Positions 36,006 to 46,600 of a stretch of 47,195 nucleotides of DNA are shown in pieces. Made by a program: the position numbers and the translations under genes. Every line of letters starts with the position of its first letter. Position 1 is the stretch's first letter. The stretch lies in sequence record DRR723986_4992; one strand, 5' to 3'. The notes beneath the pieces were generated by a model that was not told the DNA's origin, ran no database searches, and saw only the letters and a program-made list of their open reading frames with translations.

Positions 36006-36610
36006 TTTTCCAACTCATAGGTGAACTTGTTCTGAACCCCGGCGACCTCAATCGGCTCGCCATCCACCACCCGCGGCTTGTACTTGAATTTGAGTGAGGC
36101 CTTGACCGAGGCGCTCTCAAATACCCCTTGGGGGCTGCAGTCAACCGGCTGTGGGTCCCGAATCGACCCGGTCTTGGTCACGGTGTACTCAACAATACAG
36201 TAGCCCGTGATACCGCGGGTCTGGGCCCGACGCGGATAGATGGGTGCGACCTTCACGATCGGCAGGTACTCGCCGTCACCGGAGGACATACCTGATGCAC
36301 TGATCGCCACGTCTACCTGTTGGGCCGGCGCGGTGTTGACCACATCCACGTCCATATCCATGTCCAGATCCGGGGTATCCAGATCCGGTGGCGGCTCTTC
36401 GGGCTCATCGACCTTGTCAGGCTTCTGCTCCTTGACGTTGGTCTCGATCTCACGATCCGGCATGTGAATGTCGGCAAGCTTGCGCTGCTTGCTGTCGTCG
36501 ATCTTCGGATCAGCAGTCGCGATGAGATACTGCATGATGAAGAACAGGCCGCCGGCTACTGGAATCGCCAGTGCCGCGCCGAAGGCCAGTCTGATCAGAT
36601 TGCGATTCAT
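36002..36610 (-). CDS. tonB: Energy transducer TonB (short TonB2/3 type)
   Basis: N-terminal TM helix, EPEEPPP, C-terminal PIYPRRAQTRGITGYCIVEYTV..G and KFKYKP. Confidence 0.93.
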   Translation of the reverse strand: MNRNLIRLAFGAALAIPVAGGLFFIMQYLIATADPKIDDSKQRKLADIHMPDREIETNVKEQKPDKVDEPEEPPPDLDTPDLDMDMDVDVVNTAPAQQVDVAISASGMSSGDGEYLPIVKVAPIYPRRAQTRGITGYCIVEYTVTKTGSIRDPQPVDCSPQGVFESASVKASLKFKYKPRVVDGEPIEVAGVQNKFTYELEN

Positions 36611-36618
36611 ATTGCCTA

Positions 36619-37023
36619 CTACTTATCTTCAGTCGCCAGCGATACATCGTAGACACCGGCTTCACGCGCGGCATCCAGGACAGCAGCTACCGTCTCGGTG
36701 TTGGATTTGTTGTCCGCCTGGATAACTACCGCACCCTTCGGGTTTTCGGCATGCAGACGCTCGATGTTGGCGCGCACGGCACGCACATCAATACGACGCT
36801 TATCCATCCAGATTTCATTGTTGGCATTAACCGCAACCAGGATGTTGACGTTCTCCTTGGGCTGCGACGTAGACGCCTCCGGCCGGTTCACTTCAATGCC
36901 CGCTTCCTTGATGAAAGAGGCGGTAACGATGAAGAAGATCAGCATGATGAACACGACGTCCAGCATCGGTGTCAGGTCGATCTGGGCTTCGTCCTCGGCG
37001 GCAGCTCGATTGTTTCTGCGCAT
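36619..37023 (-). CDS. exbD: ExbD
   Basis: IDLTPMLDVVFIMLIFFIVTASF, VVIQAD. Confidence 0.95.
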   Translation of the reverse strand: MRRNNRAAAEDEAQIDLTPMLDVVFIMLIFFIVTASFIKEAGIEVNRPEASTSQPKENVNILVAVNANNEIWMDKRRIDVRAVRANIERLHAENPKGAVVIQADNKSNTETVAAVLDAAREAGVYDVSLATEDK

Positions 37024-37036
37024 GGGTAATGCTCTC

Positions 37037-37567
37037 TTAGTGATCTGTTGTCAGGTTGTCTTCCAGGAATTCGCCCTCACGTTGGGCAATCCGGGTGACA
37101 TAGGTGTTGGCGAATACGCCCGACAGGGCGGCTACCATGCCCGCCATGGTCGGAATGGTGGCGCGGGATACACCGCCCGCCATTGACTTGGCGTCGCCAC
37201 CACCGGTGACCGCCATGATGTTGAACACCTCGATCATACCGGTAACCGTGCCCAGCAGCCCCAGCAGGGGACACAGGGCAACCATAGTCTTGATTACCGG
37301 CAGATACTGGTTGATCTGCATCCGCGCCTGCGAAATCAGCTTGCCGCGGATCTGGTGGGCAGCCCAGGACTTGCGTTCCGAGCGGCCTTCCCAGGCGCCT
37401 ATTGCGAGGCCGACGTCGCGCTTCCAGCCACCCATCTTGAGGTACCAGACCCGCTCGAATATCAGCATCCACATCACAAACAGCAGGATGGCGATCAGCC
37501 AGAGTACGTTCCCGCCCATATCCATGAAGCGGGAAACGGCCTCATACGCACTATCGAACCAGTACAT
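37037..37567 (-). CDS. exbB: ExbB (MotA/TolQ/ExbB channel)
   Basis: CPLLGLLGTVTGMI, MAGGVSRATIPTMAG. Confidence 0.93.
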   Translation of the reverse strand: MYWFDSAYEAVSRFMDMGGNVLWLIAILLFVMWMLIFERVWYLKMGGWKRDVGLAIGAWEGRSERKSWAAHQIRGKLISQARMQINQYLPVIKTMVALCPLLGLLGTVTGMIEVFNIMAVTGGGDAKSMAGGVSRATIPTMAGMVAALSGVFANTYVTRIAQREGEFLEDNLTTDH

Positions 37568-37568
37568 A

Positions 37569-38963
37569 TTACTTCCTCAGGTTGGCCTCGGTGTGCTCGG
37601 CAATGATGCCCGTGGTCTGCTCGTTCAACACGTGGATGATGCGCTGGGCGCGGCCATTCACGATGGTGTGCAGCAGAACCGTCGGGATCGCAACCAGAAG
37701 ACCCAGTACGGTAGTTACCAGGGCTCCGGAAATACCACCGGCCATGGCCTTGGGATCGCCGGCGCCGAAGATGGTGATCGCCTGGAAGGTCACGATCATA
37801 CCGGTAACCGTACCCAGCAGACCCATCAGCGGGGCTACCGCGGAAATGATCTTCAGCAAGGTCAGACCGCTTTCCAGCTTGGGAGTTTCCCTGAGGATGC
37901 CTTCAGACAGCTTGAGCTCCAGGGTTTCGGTATCCATGGAGGGGTTTTCTTCGTGAATCTTGAGCACGCGACCCAGCGGGTTGTTGTCGTTGGCCTTGTC
38001 GCTCTTGAGCTGGGAATTGACCTTGGAGCTCACAGCCGACAGTACGACCAGGCGGAAGATTGCCAGGATGAAGGCAAACACACCTACCGCAGTAATCGCG
38101 TAACCGATGTAGCCGCCCTGGTGCCAGCGCTCTTCCAGGTTGGGGCTGTTGATCAGAGCCGCAAGGAAGGAGCCACCGCTAGGACCGGTCGGGTCAATGC
38201 CGAACTTGACCATGCCTTCGCCACCCGTCGCGCCAACCAGTGCGCCGGCCCAGCCGGTGTACGGTCCGCTAGGCTGCCGTGCCAGTTCCTCGAGAGTGCC
38301 CTTGGCAGGGACAAACTGCAGGTACATGCCGTCCTCGGATACCACGTTCCAGGTACCAACCCGGGTAACCTGCTGCTGTACCTTGTCACCGTTGGGCTTG
38401 GCGACTTCCGCACTGAAGGTAACCACCTTGCCGGATTCAACCATTTCACGCTGCAGCTCGTACCAGACCCGCTCGATTTCCTCGATGCTGGGCAGGGTGT
38501 CGCTGCCGCTCATCTTGGCGATCAGGTCCTGCAGGAAGTCTTGACGGTTGGGGTACTGGGCACTGACCACGGAGAACTCGAGGTTGGTGGCCAGGTCACC
38601 GGCAGTGGAGGTCAGGTGACCGAACAGTTCTGCCAGGGTACCGAGCTTCTCTTTCAGCTGCTGCTGCTTGGCCGCAACCAGCAGTTCGTTTTCTTCGAAC
38701 GTATCTTCCAGCTGGGCGCTGAGGTTTTCCTGACGGGTACGCTCAGCTTCGGCCTTGCGCAGTTCAGCCTGCTGGTTGGCCTTGTCCTGGGCGAAGCGCT
38801 TCTCGCGGGCAGCATTTTCTTTCTGCTCCGCTACCTGGCCCTGCTTCACAAAACCAAGCAGTTCGTCCAGGGTCTTCGCTTCCTGCGCCAGCAACTGTCC
38901 CGAGGACAGGGCGAGGGTGCCGCAAACTGCCAGAGTCGCCGCTTTTACAAATTTAATAGTCAT
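37569..38963 (-). CDS. Large ExbB-like protein (TtpC type) with a periplasmic coiled-coil N-terminus
   Basis: Signal peptide, long periplasmic region, C-terminal APLMGLLGTVTGMI...MAGGISGALVTTVLGL. Confidence 0.9.
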   Translation of the reverse strand: MTIKFVKAATLAVCGTLALSSGQLLAQEAKTLDELLGFVKQGQVAEQKENAAREKRFAQDKANQQAELRKAEAERTRQENLSAQLEDTFEENELLVAAKQQQLKEKLGTLAELFGHLTSTAGDLATNLEFSVVSAQYPNRQDFLQDLIAKMSGSDTLPSIEEIERVWYELQREMVESGKVVTFSAEVAKPNGDKVQQQVTRVGTWNVVSEDGMYLQFVPAKGTLEELARQPSGPYTGWAGALVGATGGEGMVKFGIDPTGPSGGSFLAALINSPNLEERWHQGGYIGYAITAVGVFAFILAIFRLVVLSAVSSKVNSQLKSDKANDNNPLGRVLKIHEENPSMDTETLELKLSEGILRETPKLESGLTLLKIISAVAPLMGLLGTVTGMIVTFQAITIFGAGDPKAMAGGISGALVTTVLGLLVAIPTVLLHTIVNGRAQRIIHVLNEQTTGIIAEHTEANLRK

Positions 38964-39748
38964 TACATTGCCTCCGGAGCTGCTACTGGCAGGTTCATCA
39001 AGTCAATAGAAGCCTCTTTGCGGGCGATGCGCAGGCCCTTCATGATGGCGTTGCGGTATTCACCGCGCGCCAGCGGTACCCAGGTACGGCTGCCCTGGTC
39101 CCAGGCGCCGGAAATCTCGGTATCAGTCGTCTGGTAAAGCAGCGCGACACGGCCGACGCGGAAGAAGTTCACGTCCCGCTCTACGCCGTCGATTTCAACA
39201 CTGCCCTTGTAGGCGTCGATCTTGCGACCGTATTCATTCTCGATCTTGTAGGCTTCCAGCACCTGGCGGAATTTCTCCGCAACCGTGACATCGGAGCGGT
39301 CGAGGTTCGCGCGCAGGAAGGCAAGACGCTGCTGGCGCTCATCCATATGGAAGGGCACGTCCAGCTCAACGAATTTCTCGAGACCGTCGATCATGCGAAT
39401 AACCAGCGGCGTCATCTGGCGCTGGATCACTGTCACCTGGCCAATGGACTCATCGATCTGGTCGATACGCTTCAGCTGGTTGTCGATCTGCCGCTGCAGA
39501 CGCGCGTTGTAGACCTTCAGGCCGTCTATCTGCTTCATGACTGTCTTGTAGTCAGTCAGCAGATCGCGGGTTTCGTCCGCCAGGCGATCAATTTTCGCCT
39601 GCGACTTACGCGCCGCTTCGTTATTGGCTTCACCAACCTTGAGGATGGATTCGAGGGTATTGGCCTGCACCGCACTGGCAGTGCCGATAACGGCACCAGC
39701 AGTAACGAGCGCAGTGAGCAATACATTCTTCAATCGATGCATAGTCAT
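38963..39748 (-). CDS. DUF3450-family protein (TtpB-like)
   Basis: Signal peptide, coiled coil, DVPFH..ER, AEKFRQVLEAYKIE.EYG, RVGRVALLYQT. First gene of the operon. Confidence 0.88.
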   Translation of the reverse strand: MTMHRLKNVLLTALVTAGAVIGTASAVQANTLESILKVGEANNEAARKSQAKIDRLADETRDLLTDYKTVMKQIDGLKVYNARLQRQIDNQLKRIDQIDESIGQVTVIQRQMTPLVIRMIDGLEKFVELDVPFHMDERQQRLAFLRANLDRSDVTVAEKFRQVLEAYKIENEYGRKIDAYKGSVEIDGVERDVNFFRVGRVALLYQTTDTEISGAWDQGSRTWVPLARGEYRNAIMKGLRIARKEASIDLMNLPVAAPEAM

Positions 39749-39982
39749 GGGAATAGCGCTTCCTATATCCAACAGAGTAATTCGGGGCTGAAAAGTCGAG
39801 ACTCGGTACTTCTTTATATAGTGGAAAATTTTGAGTCGGCAAACCGAGGGAGCGAATTTACACCTAGTCCGGGTGCTTTTTCAATCAACATCCCGACAGC
39901 AGCTGGGCAGATCGAAGCAGTGTGTAGATTCGTTACATTTATGGGCCAGCGCCGTGAGAAGAGTAACACTTGCGCCCGAACC

Positions 39983-40486
39983 TCAGCGCCGCTCGAAAAC
40001 CACGAAACTGCAGTCGTAGTCCGCCTTCCCGGCGGCCGACTGGCGCTCCCGGGAGATTTCACGCCACCCGGCCCAGTCCATATCCGGCAAAAAGGCGTCG
40101 CCCTCGACGGCGGCATGAACCTCGGTGAGGTAGATCCGCGAGGCCAGCGGCAGGGCCGCGGCATAGATCTCGGCACCACCGATAACCATGAGCTCATCGA
40201 CCCCGTCAGCCTGCGCAATCTCCTGCGCCAGCACCAGCGCCTGTTCCAGCGAGCCCAGCGCATGCACGCCCTCGTGGCGCCAGTGCTGGTCACGCGTGAT
40301 CACGATATTGGTGCGCCCGGGCAGTGGCCTGCCGATTGATTCAAAGGTCTTGCGGCCCATAACGATCGGCTTGCCCAGGGTGAGCCGCTTGAAGTGGGCG
40401 AGATCGCCGGGCAGGTGCCAGGGCAAGGCGTTGTCACGGCCGATCACCCCGTTCTCGGCAGCGGCAACAATGAGCGACAGGCGCAT
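39983..40486 (-). CDS. folA: Dihydrofolate reductase
   Basis: LIVAAAENGVIG, LPWHLPGDLAHFK, MGRKTFESIGRPLPGR, IGGAEIY, GDAFLP. Start reassigned to 40486. Confidence 0.97.
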   Translation of the reverse strand: MRLSLIVAAAENGVIGRDNALPWHLPGDLAHFKRLTLGKPIVMGRKTFESIGRPLPGRTNIVITRDQHWRHEGVHALGSLEQALVLAQEIAQADGVDELMVIGGAEIYAAALPLASRIYLTEVHAAVEGDAFLPDMDWAGWREISRERQSAAGKADYDCSFVVFERR

Positions 40487-40508
40487 CAAACCGGACCGGT
40501 AAGCGCGC

Positions 40509-41342
40509 TCATACTGCGACCGGGGCCGCAATATGGGGATGCGGGTCGTAGCCCACCAACTCGAAATCCTCGAAGCGGTAGTCGTAAATGGAATCCGGTC
40601 GACGCAGGATGCTGAGGGTGGGCAGTTGTCGCGGCGCCCGGGAGAGCTGCTCGCGCACCTGCTCCAGGTGGTTGCTGTAGATATGGGAATCACCGGTGCA
40701 GATAATGATTTCCCCCGGTTCCAGGTCGCACTGCTGGGCCAGCATCATGGTCAGCACGGCCAGGCTGGCGGTGTTGTACGGCAGCCCCAGGAACGAGTCA
40801 CTGGACCGGATCATCAGCTGGGCAGACAGTTTCCCGTTAGCCACGTAGAACTGGTACAGCAAATGGCAGGGCGGCAAGGCCATGCGCCCGGCACGCGCGT
40901 TATCCTGGGGACTGACTTTTTCGTCAGGCAGGTATTCGACATTCCAGGCGTGGAACAGGATACGCCGGCTGTCTGGGTTATTGCGCAGGCAGTCCACCAC
41001 GTAGTCAATCTGGTTGATGGTGCCGCCGTCCCGGGTAGGCCAGGCGGTCCACTGGGCGCCATAGATCGGCCCGAGATCGCCGTCCTCCGTGGCCCACTCA
41101 TCCCAGATGCTGACCCCGTTCTCCTTCAGCCAGGCGGTATTGGTACTACCGCTCAGGAACCAGATAAGCTCGTTGATGATGCTTTTCAGGTGCAGTTTCT
41201 TGGTGGTGAGCAGGGGGAAACCATCGGCCAGGTCGTGCCGGTACTGGCGCCCGAAAACCGACAGGGTACCGGTGCCGGTACGGTCGGATTTTTCCACGCC
41301 ATGGTCGAGAATGTCCTGCAACAGGTCGAGATATTGCTTCAT
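40509..41342 (-). CDS. thyA: Thymidylate synthase
   Basis: [36 protein letters not shown]. Start reassigned to 41342. Confidence 0.98.
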   Translation of the reverse strand: MKQYLDLLQDILDHGVEKSDRTGTGTLSVFGRQYRHDLADGFPLLTTKKLHLKSIINELIWFLSGSTNTAWLKENGVSIWDEWATEDGDLGPIYGAQWTAWPTRDGGTINQIDYVVDCLRNNPDSRRILFHAWNVEYLPDEKVSPQDNARAGRMALPPCHLLYQFYVANGKLSAQLMIRSSDSFLGLPYNTASLAVLTMMLAQQCDLEPGEIIICTGDSHIYSNHLEQVREQLSRAPRQLPTLSILRRPDSIYDYRFEDFELVGYDPHPHIAAPVAV

Positions 41343-42148
41343 GTGACAGAGTGCCCGGTTGAGGTGGTGCCGCGACGGTAGGCCCAGGCCAGCATCAGCA
41401 GGCCAAGCAGGATCATCGGCAGGCAAAGAATCTGGCCCCGGGTCATCCAGCCGAAAGCCTGGAACCCGAGGTGCGCATCCGGCTCGCGGAAAAATTCCAC
41501 GAAAAAGCGCAGGCAGCCGTAGCCCAGCGCGAACATCCCCGCCACCGACCAGGTGGGACGGGGTCTGGCGCTGAACCACAGCAGGATGAAAAACAACAAC
41601 ATGCCTTCCAGGGCGAACTGGTAGAGCTGCGACGGGTGGCGCGCCAGTTGCAGGGGATCACGGGGGAACACCATGGCCCAGGGCACATCGCTGGCCCTGC
41701 CCCACAATTCCTGGCCGATAAAATTACCCAGCCGGCCGAGGCCCAGGCCCACGGGCGCCAGCGGCGCGATAAAATCCAATAACTGGCCGAAAGGCAGCCG
41801 ATGGCGGCGGGCAAACAGCAGCATGGCCAGCACCACGCCGATCAGACCGCCGTGGAATGACATACCGCCCTGCCACACCCGGAGCAGCCAGCCCGGATCT
41901 TCCCTGAGCTGGTCCCAGCCGTAGAACAGGGCATAACCGAAGCGGCCTCCGAGGACGATGCCCAGGGCAGCGTAGAAGATCAGGTCGTCAACCTGCGAGC
42001 GGTCCAGCACTGCCCCGGGGCGTGAGGCCCGGCGCAATGCGAACCACCAGGCGAAGGCCAGCCCGGCCAGGTAGGTCAGGCCGTACCAGTGAACTTTCAC
42101 CGGGCCGAGGGCGATGGCAACAGGGTCGATATCGGGATAGGGCAGCAC
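41339..42148 (-). CDS. lgt: Prolipoprotein diacylglyceryl transferase
   Basis: [43 protein letters not shown]. Confidence 0.98.
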   Translation of the reverse strand: MLPYPDIDPVAIALGPVKVHWYGLTYLAGLAFAWWFALRRASRPGAVLDRSQVDDLIFYAALGIVLGGRFGYALFYGWDQLREDPGWLLRVWQGGMSFHGGLIGVVLAMLLFARRHRLPFGQLLDFIAPLAPVGLGLGRLGNFIGQELWGRASDVPWAMVFPRDPLQLARHPSQLYQFALEGMLLFFILLWFSARPRPTWSVAGMFALGYGCLRFFVEFFREPDAHLGFQAFGWMTRGQILCLPMILLGLLMLAWAYRRGTTSTGHSVT

Positions 42149-42265
42149 GGGGGCCTTTTCAACTGGTTTGTCGCAGGATACAGGGCAGCGCCCCGGCGGA
42201 ACCGGTATTATCAGACAGGGCGGTAGGTTTCACAAATAGCAGCGCCTGGCGCGGAGACTTTTTTC

Positions 42266-43036
42266 ATGTGCTTGATCATTATCGGCTTTGGCGTGCACCC
42301 GGAATGGCCACTCCTGGTAGCGGCAAACCGGGACGAATTCCACGCCCGAGCCACCGCACCCGCCACCTTCTGGGGGGAACACCCGGGCTTGCTGGCCGGT
42401 CGCGACCTGGTCGCTGGTGGCACCTGGATGGGGGTTACCCGGAGCGGGCGCTTTGCCGCAGTAACCAATTACCGGGACCCGGCGCGCACCGCGCCGGCCC
42501 CTCGCTCGCGGGGCGAACTGCCCACCGGGTTCCTGGCTGGGTGCGCTTCACCGAAAGACTACCTCGAGACCGTGCGCGCCAACATGGACAACTATGCGGG
42601 CTTCAACCTGCTGGTGGGCGACAGCAACTCACTCTGGTACCTGAGTAACAGTGCTGGGGCCAAGCCCCGGGCGCTGACTCACGGCGTCTACGGGCTCAGC
42701 AATGCCCGCCTCGATACCCCCTGGCCGAAAGTCACCGAGGGCCGTTCGCGGCTGGCGGAACTGCTGGCGCGCGGTGCTCCCGCGCACAGCGACCTGGCTG
42801 CGATCGTCTCCGGCAGGACCCTGGCACAGCCCGGGGAACTCCGTGCCCTGGGACTGCACGGCGAGATGGACCAACTGCTCTCCGCCCAGTTCATCTCGGC
42901 GGGCGAGTACGGCACCCGCAGCACCACCACTATCCGTCTCGGCGAAGGCGAGATCAGCTGGCGCGAAATCAGCTTTGCAGCGGACGGGCAGGAAACCGGA
43001 CGGGTAAAAGAAACGTTCGAGCCACAGCTGCGCTAG
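42266..43036 (+). CDS. NRDE/TANGO2-family protein
   Basis: MCL, AANRDEF, GRDL.AGGTWMG, SRGEL, GFNL, YGLSN, YGTRS. Confidence 0.93.
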   Translation: MCLIIIGFGVHPEWPLLVAANRDEFHARATAPATFWGEHPGLLAGRDLVAGGTWMGVTRSGRFAAVTNYRDPARTAPAPRSRGELPTGFLAGCASPKDYLETVRANMDNYAGFNLLVGDSNSLWYLSNSAGAKPRALTHGVYGLSNARLDTPWPKVTEGRSRLAELLARGAPAHSDLAAIVSGRTLAQPGELRALGLHGEMDQLLSAQFISAGEYGTRSTTTIRLGEGEISWREISFAADGQETGRVKETFEPQLR

Positions 43037-43044
43037 GCTGTCGC

Positions 43045-45315
43045 CTAGGCCACCGGTACGTGGATGAATTTTTCCATGCCACGTTCGGCCAGAACCAACT
43101 CGAGCCGTGCCCGGATAGTGGCGGCATCATCCAGCAGCATCACCTCAGCCAGCAACTCCTGGGCCTCATCGAGACGAATACTGCGCACGGCCTTTTTTAC
43201 CCGGGGCAGGCTGGTGGCATTCATCGACAGGACGTTGAACCCCATCGCCAGCAGTAGCACCGCGGCGAGGGGGTCGCCGGCCAACTCTCCACAGATACTG
43301 ACCAGCTTGCCTTCTTCCCGCGCCGCCGCGGCGACATGGCGCAGGGCGCTGAGCACCGCCGGGTGGAAGGAGTGGTACAGGTCCGCGACCCGCGGATTAT
43401 TGCGGTCCACCGCCAGCAGGTACTGGGTCAGGTCGTTACTCCCCACCGACAGGAAATCGACCCGCCGGGCCAGCGTCTGCGCCTGGTAGACGGCAGCAGG
43501 CACCTCAACCATCACCCCGATAGGCGGCATGGCCGTGCTCACTCCCTCCTGCTGGACCTCGCGATGGGAGCGATGGATCAGGGCCAGCGCTTCTTCCAGC
43601 TCCGGCACATTGCTGACCATGGGCAACATGATGCGCAGGTTGCCGAGCCCGTCATTGGCCTTGAGCATCGCCCGCACCTGGGCCAGGAAAATCTCCGGGT
43701 GATCCAGGGTCACCCGGATTCCGCGCCAGCCCAGAAAGGGATTGTCTTCCTCAATCGGGAAGTAAGGCAGGGCCTTGTCACCGCCGACATCCAGGGTGCG
43801 CATGGTGACCGGCCGGGGGGCAAAGGCCTCCAACTGGTTACGGTAAATCTGGCGCTGTTCCTCCTCACTGGGAAAGCGCTCGCGCAGCAGGAAGGGCACC
43901 TCTGTGCGGTACAGGCCGACACCCTCGGCGCCCTGCTCCAGGGAGCGAGTGACATCCGCCATCAAACCGGTATTCACCCACAGTGGCAGGTGCTGACCGT
44001 CAATAGTCTCGGACGGCAGATCCCGCAATGACTCGAGGTCCCGGCTTACCGCCAGATCCTGGTCGACCAGCTCCTGGAACCGGGCCCGGATTTCCGGAGC
44101 CGGGTTGAGGTGCACGGTACCGTTGTACCCATCCACCACCAGCTCGACGTCCTGCAACCGGGTATAGGGCAGGTCGACCGCGCCCATAACGGTGGGCACG
44201 CCCATGGCGCGAGCCAGGATCGCGACGTGGGAATTACCGGAGCCGCGTACCGAGATCAGGCCCACCAGCCGCTCCCGGGGAATTTCACCCAGGGCGGACG
44301 CAGTCAGCTCTTCGCTGACCAGGATCGTGTGCTCGGGATAGTCCCGGGCTTCGCGCTCGTCCGCTTGCAGGTAGGCCAGGACACGGGTTCCGAGATCCTT
44401 GACGTCCACCGCACGCTCGCGCAGGTAGCTGTGCTCCATCCGCTCGAAGTGCCGAATGTGCTCGATCATGACCTGGCTGAGCGCACCCTGGGCCCACTCG
44501 CCGCTCTTGATCAGCCCCGCCACCTCGCCGCCGATGGCCGAGTCGTCGAGAATACCCAGGTACACGTCGAACAGGGCATGATCCTCGCTGCTCAGCTCAT
44601 CCTTGAGATTGGCCGCCACCGATTCAATATCGCGCCGGACCTGGCTGAGCGCATGTTTGAACGCCCGCAGTTCAGCCCGCCGGTCAGTTACCGTGCGCCG
44701 TGGCACCGCGAACAGGTCGGCCACCGGGGACACCACCACAGCGGCGCCTATGCCGATCCCGGGCGCACCGGCGATTCCCGACACCTTGGCCGAGCCGGAG
44801 AGCCGCCCGGGGGTGGCCTCGTCCTGCATCGAACCGGACACCTGGGCATGGGCAATAACACCGGCGAGCTGTGCCGACATGGTGACCAGGAATGCCTCGT
44901 CGCTCTCATCGAAGCGGCGCCGCGCAACCTGCTGTACCACCAGCACACCCAGCACATCGCGCTGGTGAATAATCGGCACGCCCAGGAAGGCGTGATAGGG
45001 TTCCTCGCCGATGCCCGGCACGAACTGGAAGGCGGGATGGGACTCGGCGTTTTCCAGGTTGATCGGCTCTTCCCGCTCCGCGACGAGGCCCACCAGGCCC
45101 TCGCCTTCGGCCAGGCTGGCGATGCCCACCTGGTCGACATTCAGGCCTTCTGTTGCGCGGAATATCAGCCGATCGGTCGCCGGGTCGCGCATGTAGACGC
45201 TGCACACCTCGGTCGCCATGGCCTCACGAACCCGGCGCACGATAATCAGCAGCGCCTGCTCGAGGCTCTCAACCGAGTTGACCTCCTGGACAATATTGCG
45301 CAGCACGCCAAGCAT
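43045..45315 (-). CDS. ptsP: PEP-protein phosphotransferase EI-Ntr (GAF plus enzyme I)
   Basis: N-terminal GAF domain, SHVAILARA phospho-His, GLYRTE, RTLDVGGDK, NPFLGWRGIR, SVGSNDLTQY, ICGELAG. Confidence 0.97.
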   Translation of the reverse strand: MLGVLRNIVQEVNSVESLEQALLIIVRRVREAMATEVCSVYMRDPATDRLIFRATEGLNVDQVGIASLAEGEGLVGLVAEREEPINLENAESHPAFQFVPGIGEEPYHAFLGVPIIHQRDVLGVLVVQQVARRRFDESDEAFLVTMSAQLAGVIAHAQVSGSMQDEATPGRLSGSAKVSGIAGAPGIGIGAAVVVSPVADLFAVPRRTVTDRRAELRAFKHALSQVRRDIESVAANLKDELSSEDHALFDVYLGILDDSAIGGEVAGLIKSGEWAQGALSQVMIEHIRHFERMEHSYLRERAVDVKDLGTRVLAYLQADEREARDYPEHTILVSEELTASALGEIPRERLVGLISVRGSGNSHVAILARAMGVPTVMGAVDLPYTRLQDVELVVDGYNGTVHLNPAPEIRARFQELVDQDLAVSRDLESLRDLPSETIDGQHLPLWVNTGLMADVTRSLEQGAEGVGLYRTEVPFLLRERFPSEEEQRQIYRNQLEAFAPRPVTMRTLDVGGDKALPYFPIEEDNPFLGWRGIRVTLDHPEIFLAQVRAMLKANDGLGNLRIMLPMVSNVPELEEALALIHRSHREVQQEGVSTAMPPIGVMVEVPAAVYQAQTLARRVDFLSVGSNDLTQYLLAVDRNNPRVADLYHSFHPAVLSALRHVAAAAREEGKLVSICGELAGDPLAAVLLLAMGFNVLSMNATSLPRVKKAVRSIRLDEAQELLAEVMLLDDAATIRARLELVLAERGMEKFIHVPVA

Positions 45316-45319
45316 AGGA

Positions 45320-45820
45320 CTAGGACTCTCCCCTGCCGACAGTTATGCGACCCAGGGGCTGGGCCAGCTCCTTCATTGCCCGCCGATAGACCTCGCGCTT
45401 GAACGCGATTACCTGGTCCAGGGGGTACCAGTAACTGACCCAGCGCCAGTGGTCGAATTCCGGTTTCGGGTTGCGGTCCAGCTGGACCGCGCTGTCTTCG
45501 GCAAGCAGGCGCAGCAGATACCACTTCTGCTTCTGGCCGATACACATCGGCTCCTGGCCCTTGCGCAGGAAACGCCTCGGCAAGCGGTAGCGCAGCCAGC
45601 TGCGGGTGGAGGCGATCACTTCCACCGCATCGGGGCTGAGGCCGACTTCTTCCTCCAACTCGCGAAACAGCGCCTCACGCGGCGACTCGCCCTCATTGAT
45701 GCCGCCCTGGGGAAACTGCCACGCATCGCGCCCGCCCACCCGGCGAGCCCACAGCAGCTGGCCCTGGTCATTGGCGACCATAATCCCGACGTTGGGCCGA
45801 TAGCCATCCCGGTCAATCAC
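45320..45820 (-). CDS. rppH: RNA pyrophosphohydrolase
   Basis: [12 protein letters not shown], Nudix box WQFPQGG...[27 protein letters not shown] start at 45820. Confidence 0.97.
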   Translation of the reverse strand: MIDRDGYRPNVGIMVANDQGQLLWARRVGGRDAWQFPQGGINEGESPREALFRELEEEVGLSPDAVEVIASTRSWLRYRLPRRFLRKGQEPMCIGQKQKWYLLRLLAEDSAVQLDRNPKPEFDHWRWVSYWYPLDQVIAFKREVYRRAMKELAQPLGRITVGRGES

Positions 45821-45935
45821 ACAACTGGCCTTGAAAATCCACGACCGGCTATTGTTCCACACTTTCCAGACGCAGAGAAATTGTCTCCCTGCGGGGCAGC
45901 CGCTATGCTGGCGGCCCCCGGCAGAGCAAACCACC

Positions 45936-46592
45936 ATGACCCTGGCGATCTTCGATCTCGACAGCACCCTCATTGCAGGCGACAGCGACCACCTGTGGGG
46001 CGTGTTCCTGTGCGAACGAGGCCTGGTTGACGGCACCGAGTTTGCGGCGCGCAACGAGCAGTTCTACCGGGACTACCAGGCGGGCGTCCTGGATATCGAT
46101 GCCTACCTGCGCTTTGCCCTGGCGCCGCTGGCCGGCCAGCCGCTTGAGACCCTGGCGGCCTGGCACCGGGACTTCATGCGCAGCAAGATCGAGCCGATTA
46201 TGCTGCCCAAGGCCGCAGCGCTGATCGCCCGCCACCGGGCGCAGGGCGACGAGCTGATGATTGTCACCGCCACCAATGCCTTTATCACCCGCCCGATAGC
46301 CACCGCCCTGGGAATCGAGCACCTGCTGGCCTGTGAAGCGGAAATGGTCGACGGCCGCTATACCGGCAACCCGACCGGTGTCCCGTCCTATCACGAGGGC
46401 AAGGTGATTCGGCTACAGGCCTGGCTGGCCGAGCGCGGGGAGCAACTGGCGGGTGCGTGGTTTTACAGCGACTCACACAATGACCTGCCCCTGCTGGAGC
46501 GGGTAGACAATCCGGTTGCGGTCGACCCCGACACTGTGCTGCGCCAGCGCGCCGAGGACCGGGGCTGGCCCATTATCAGCCTGCGCGACTAA
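45936..46592 (+). CDS. HAD-IB phosphatase, probable histidinol-phosphatase (Pseudomonas PA0335-like)
   Basis: [30 protein letters not shown]. Divergent from rppH, as in Pseudomonas. Start reassigned to 45936. Confidence 0.85.
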   Translation: MTLAIFDLDSTLIAGDSDHLWGVFLCERGLVDGTEFAARNEQFYRDYQAGVLDIDAYLRFALAPLAGQPLETLAAWHRDFMRSKIEPIMLPKAAALIARHRAQGDELMIVTATNAFITRPIATALGIEHLLACEAEMVDGRYTGNPTGVPSYHEGKVIRLQAWLAERGEQLAGAWFYSDSHNDLPLLERVDNPVAVDPDTVLRQRAEDRGWPIISLRD

Positions 46593-46600
46593 GGCGCTGC

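Noticed and set aside
37231-37820. Near-identical 28-bp direct repeat (CGATCATACCGGTAACCGTRCCCAGCAG) at 37231 and 37793
   Set aside because: It encodes the conserved LLGTVTGMI helix in the two ExbB paralogues; it is not a mobile or regulatory repeat.
39923-39937. TGTAGATTCGTTACA, a weak HexR-like palindrome upstream of the tonB operon
   Set aside because: Single degenerate copy with no second site seen; not distinguishable from chance without a PWM scan.
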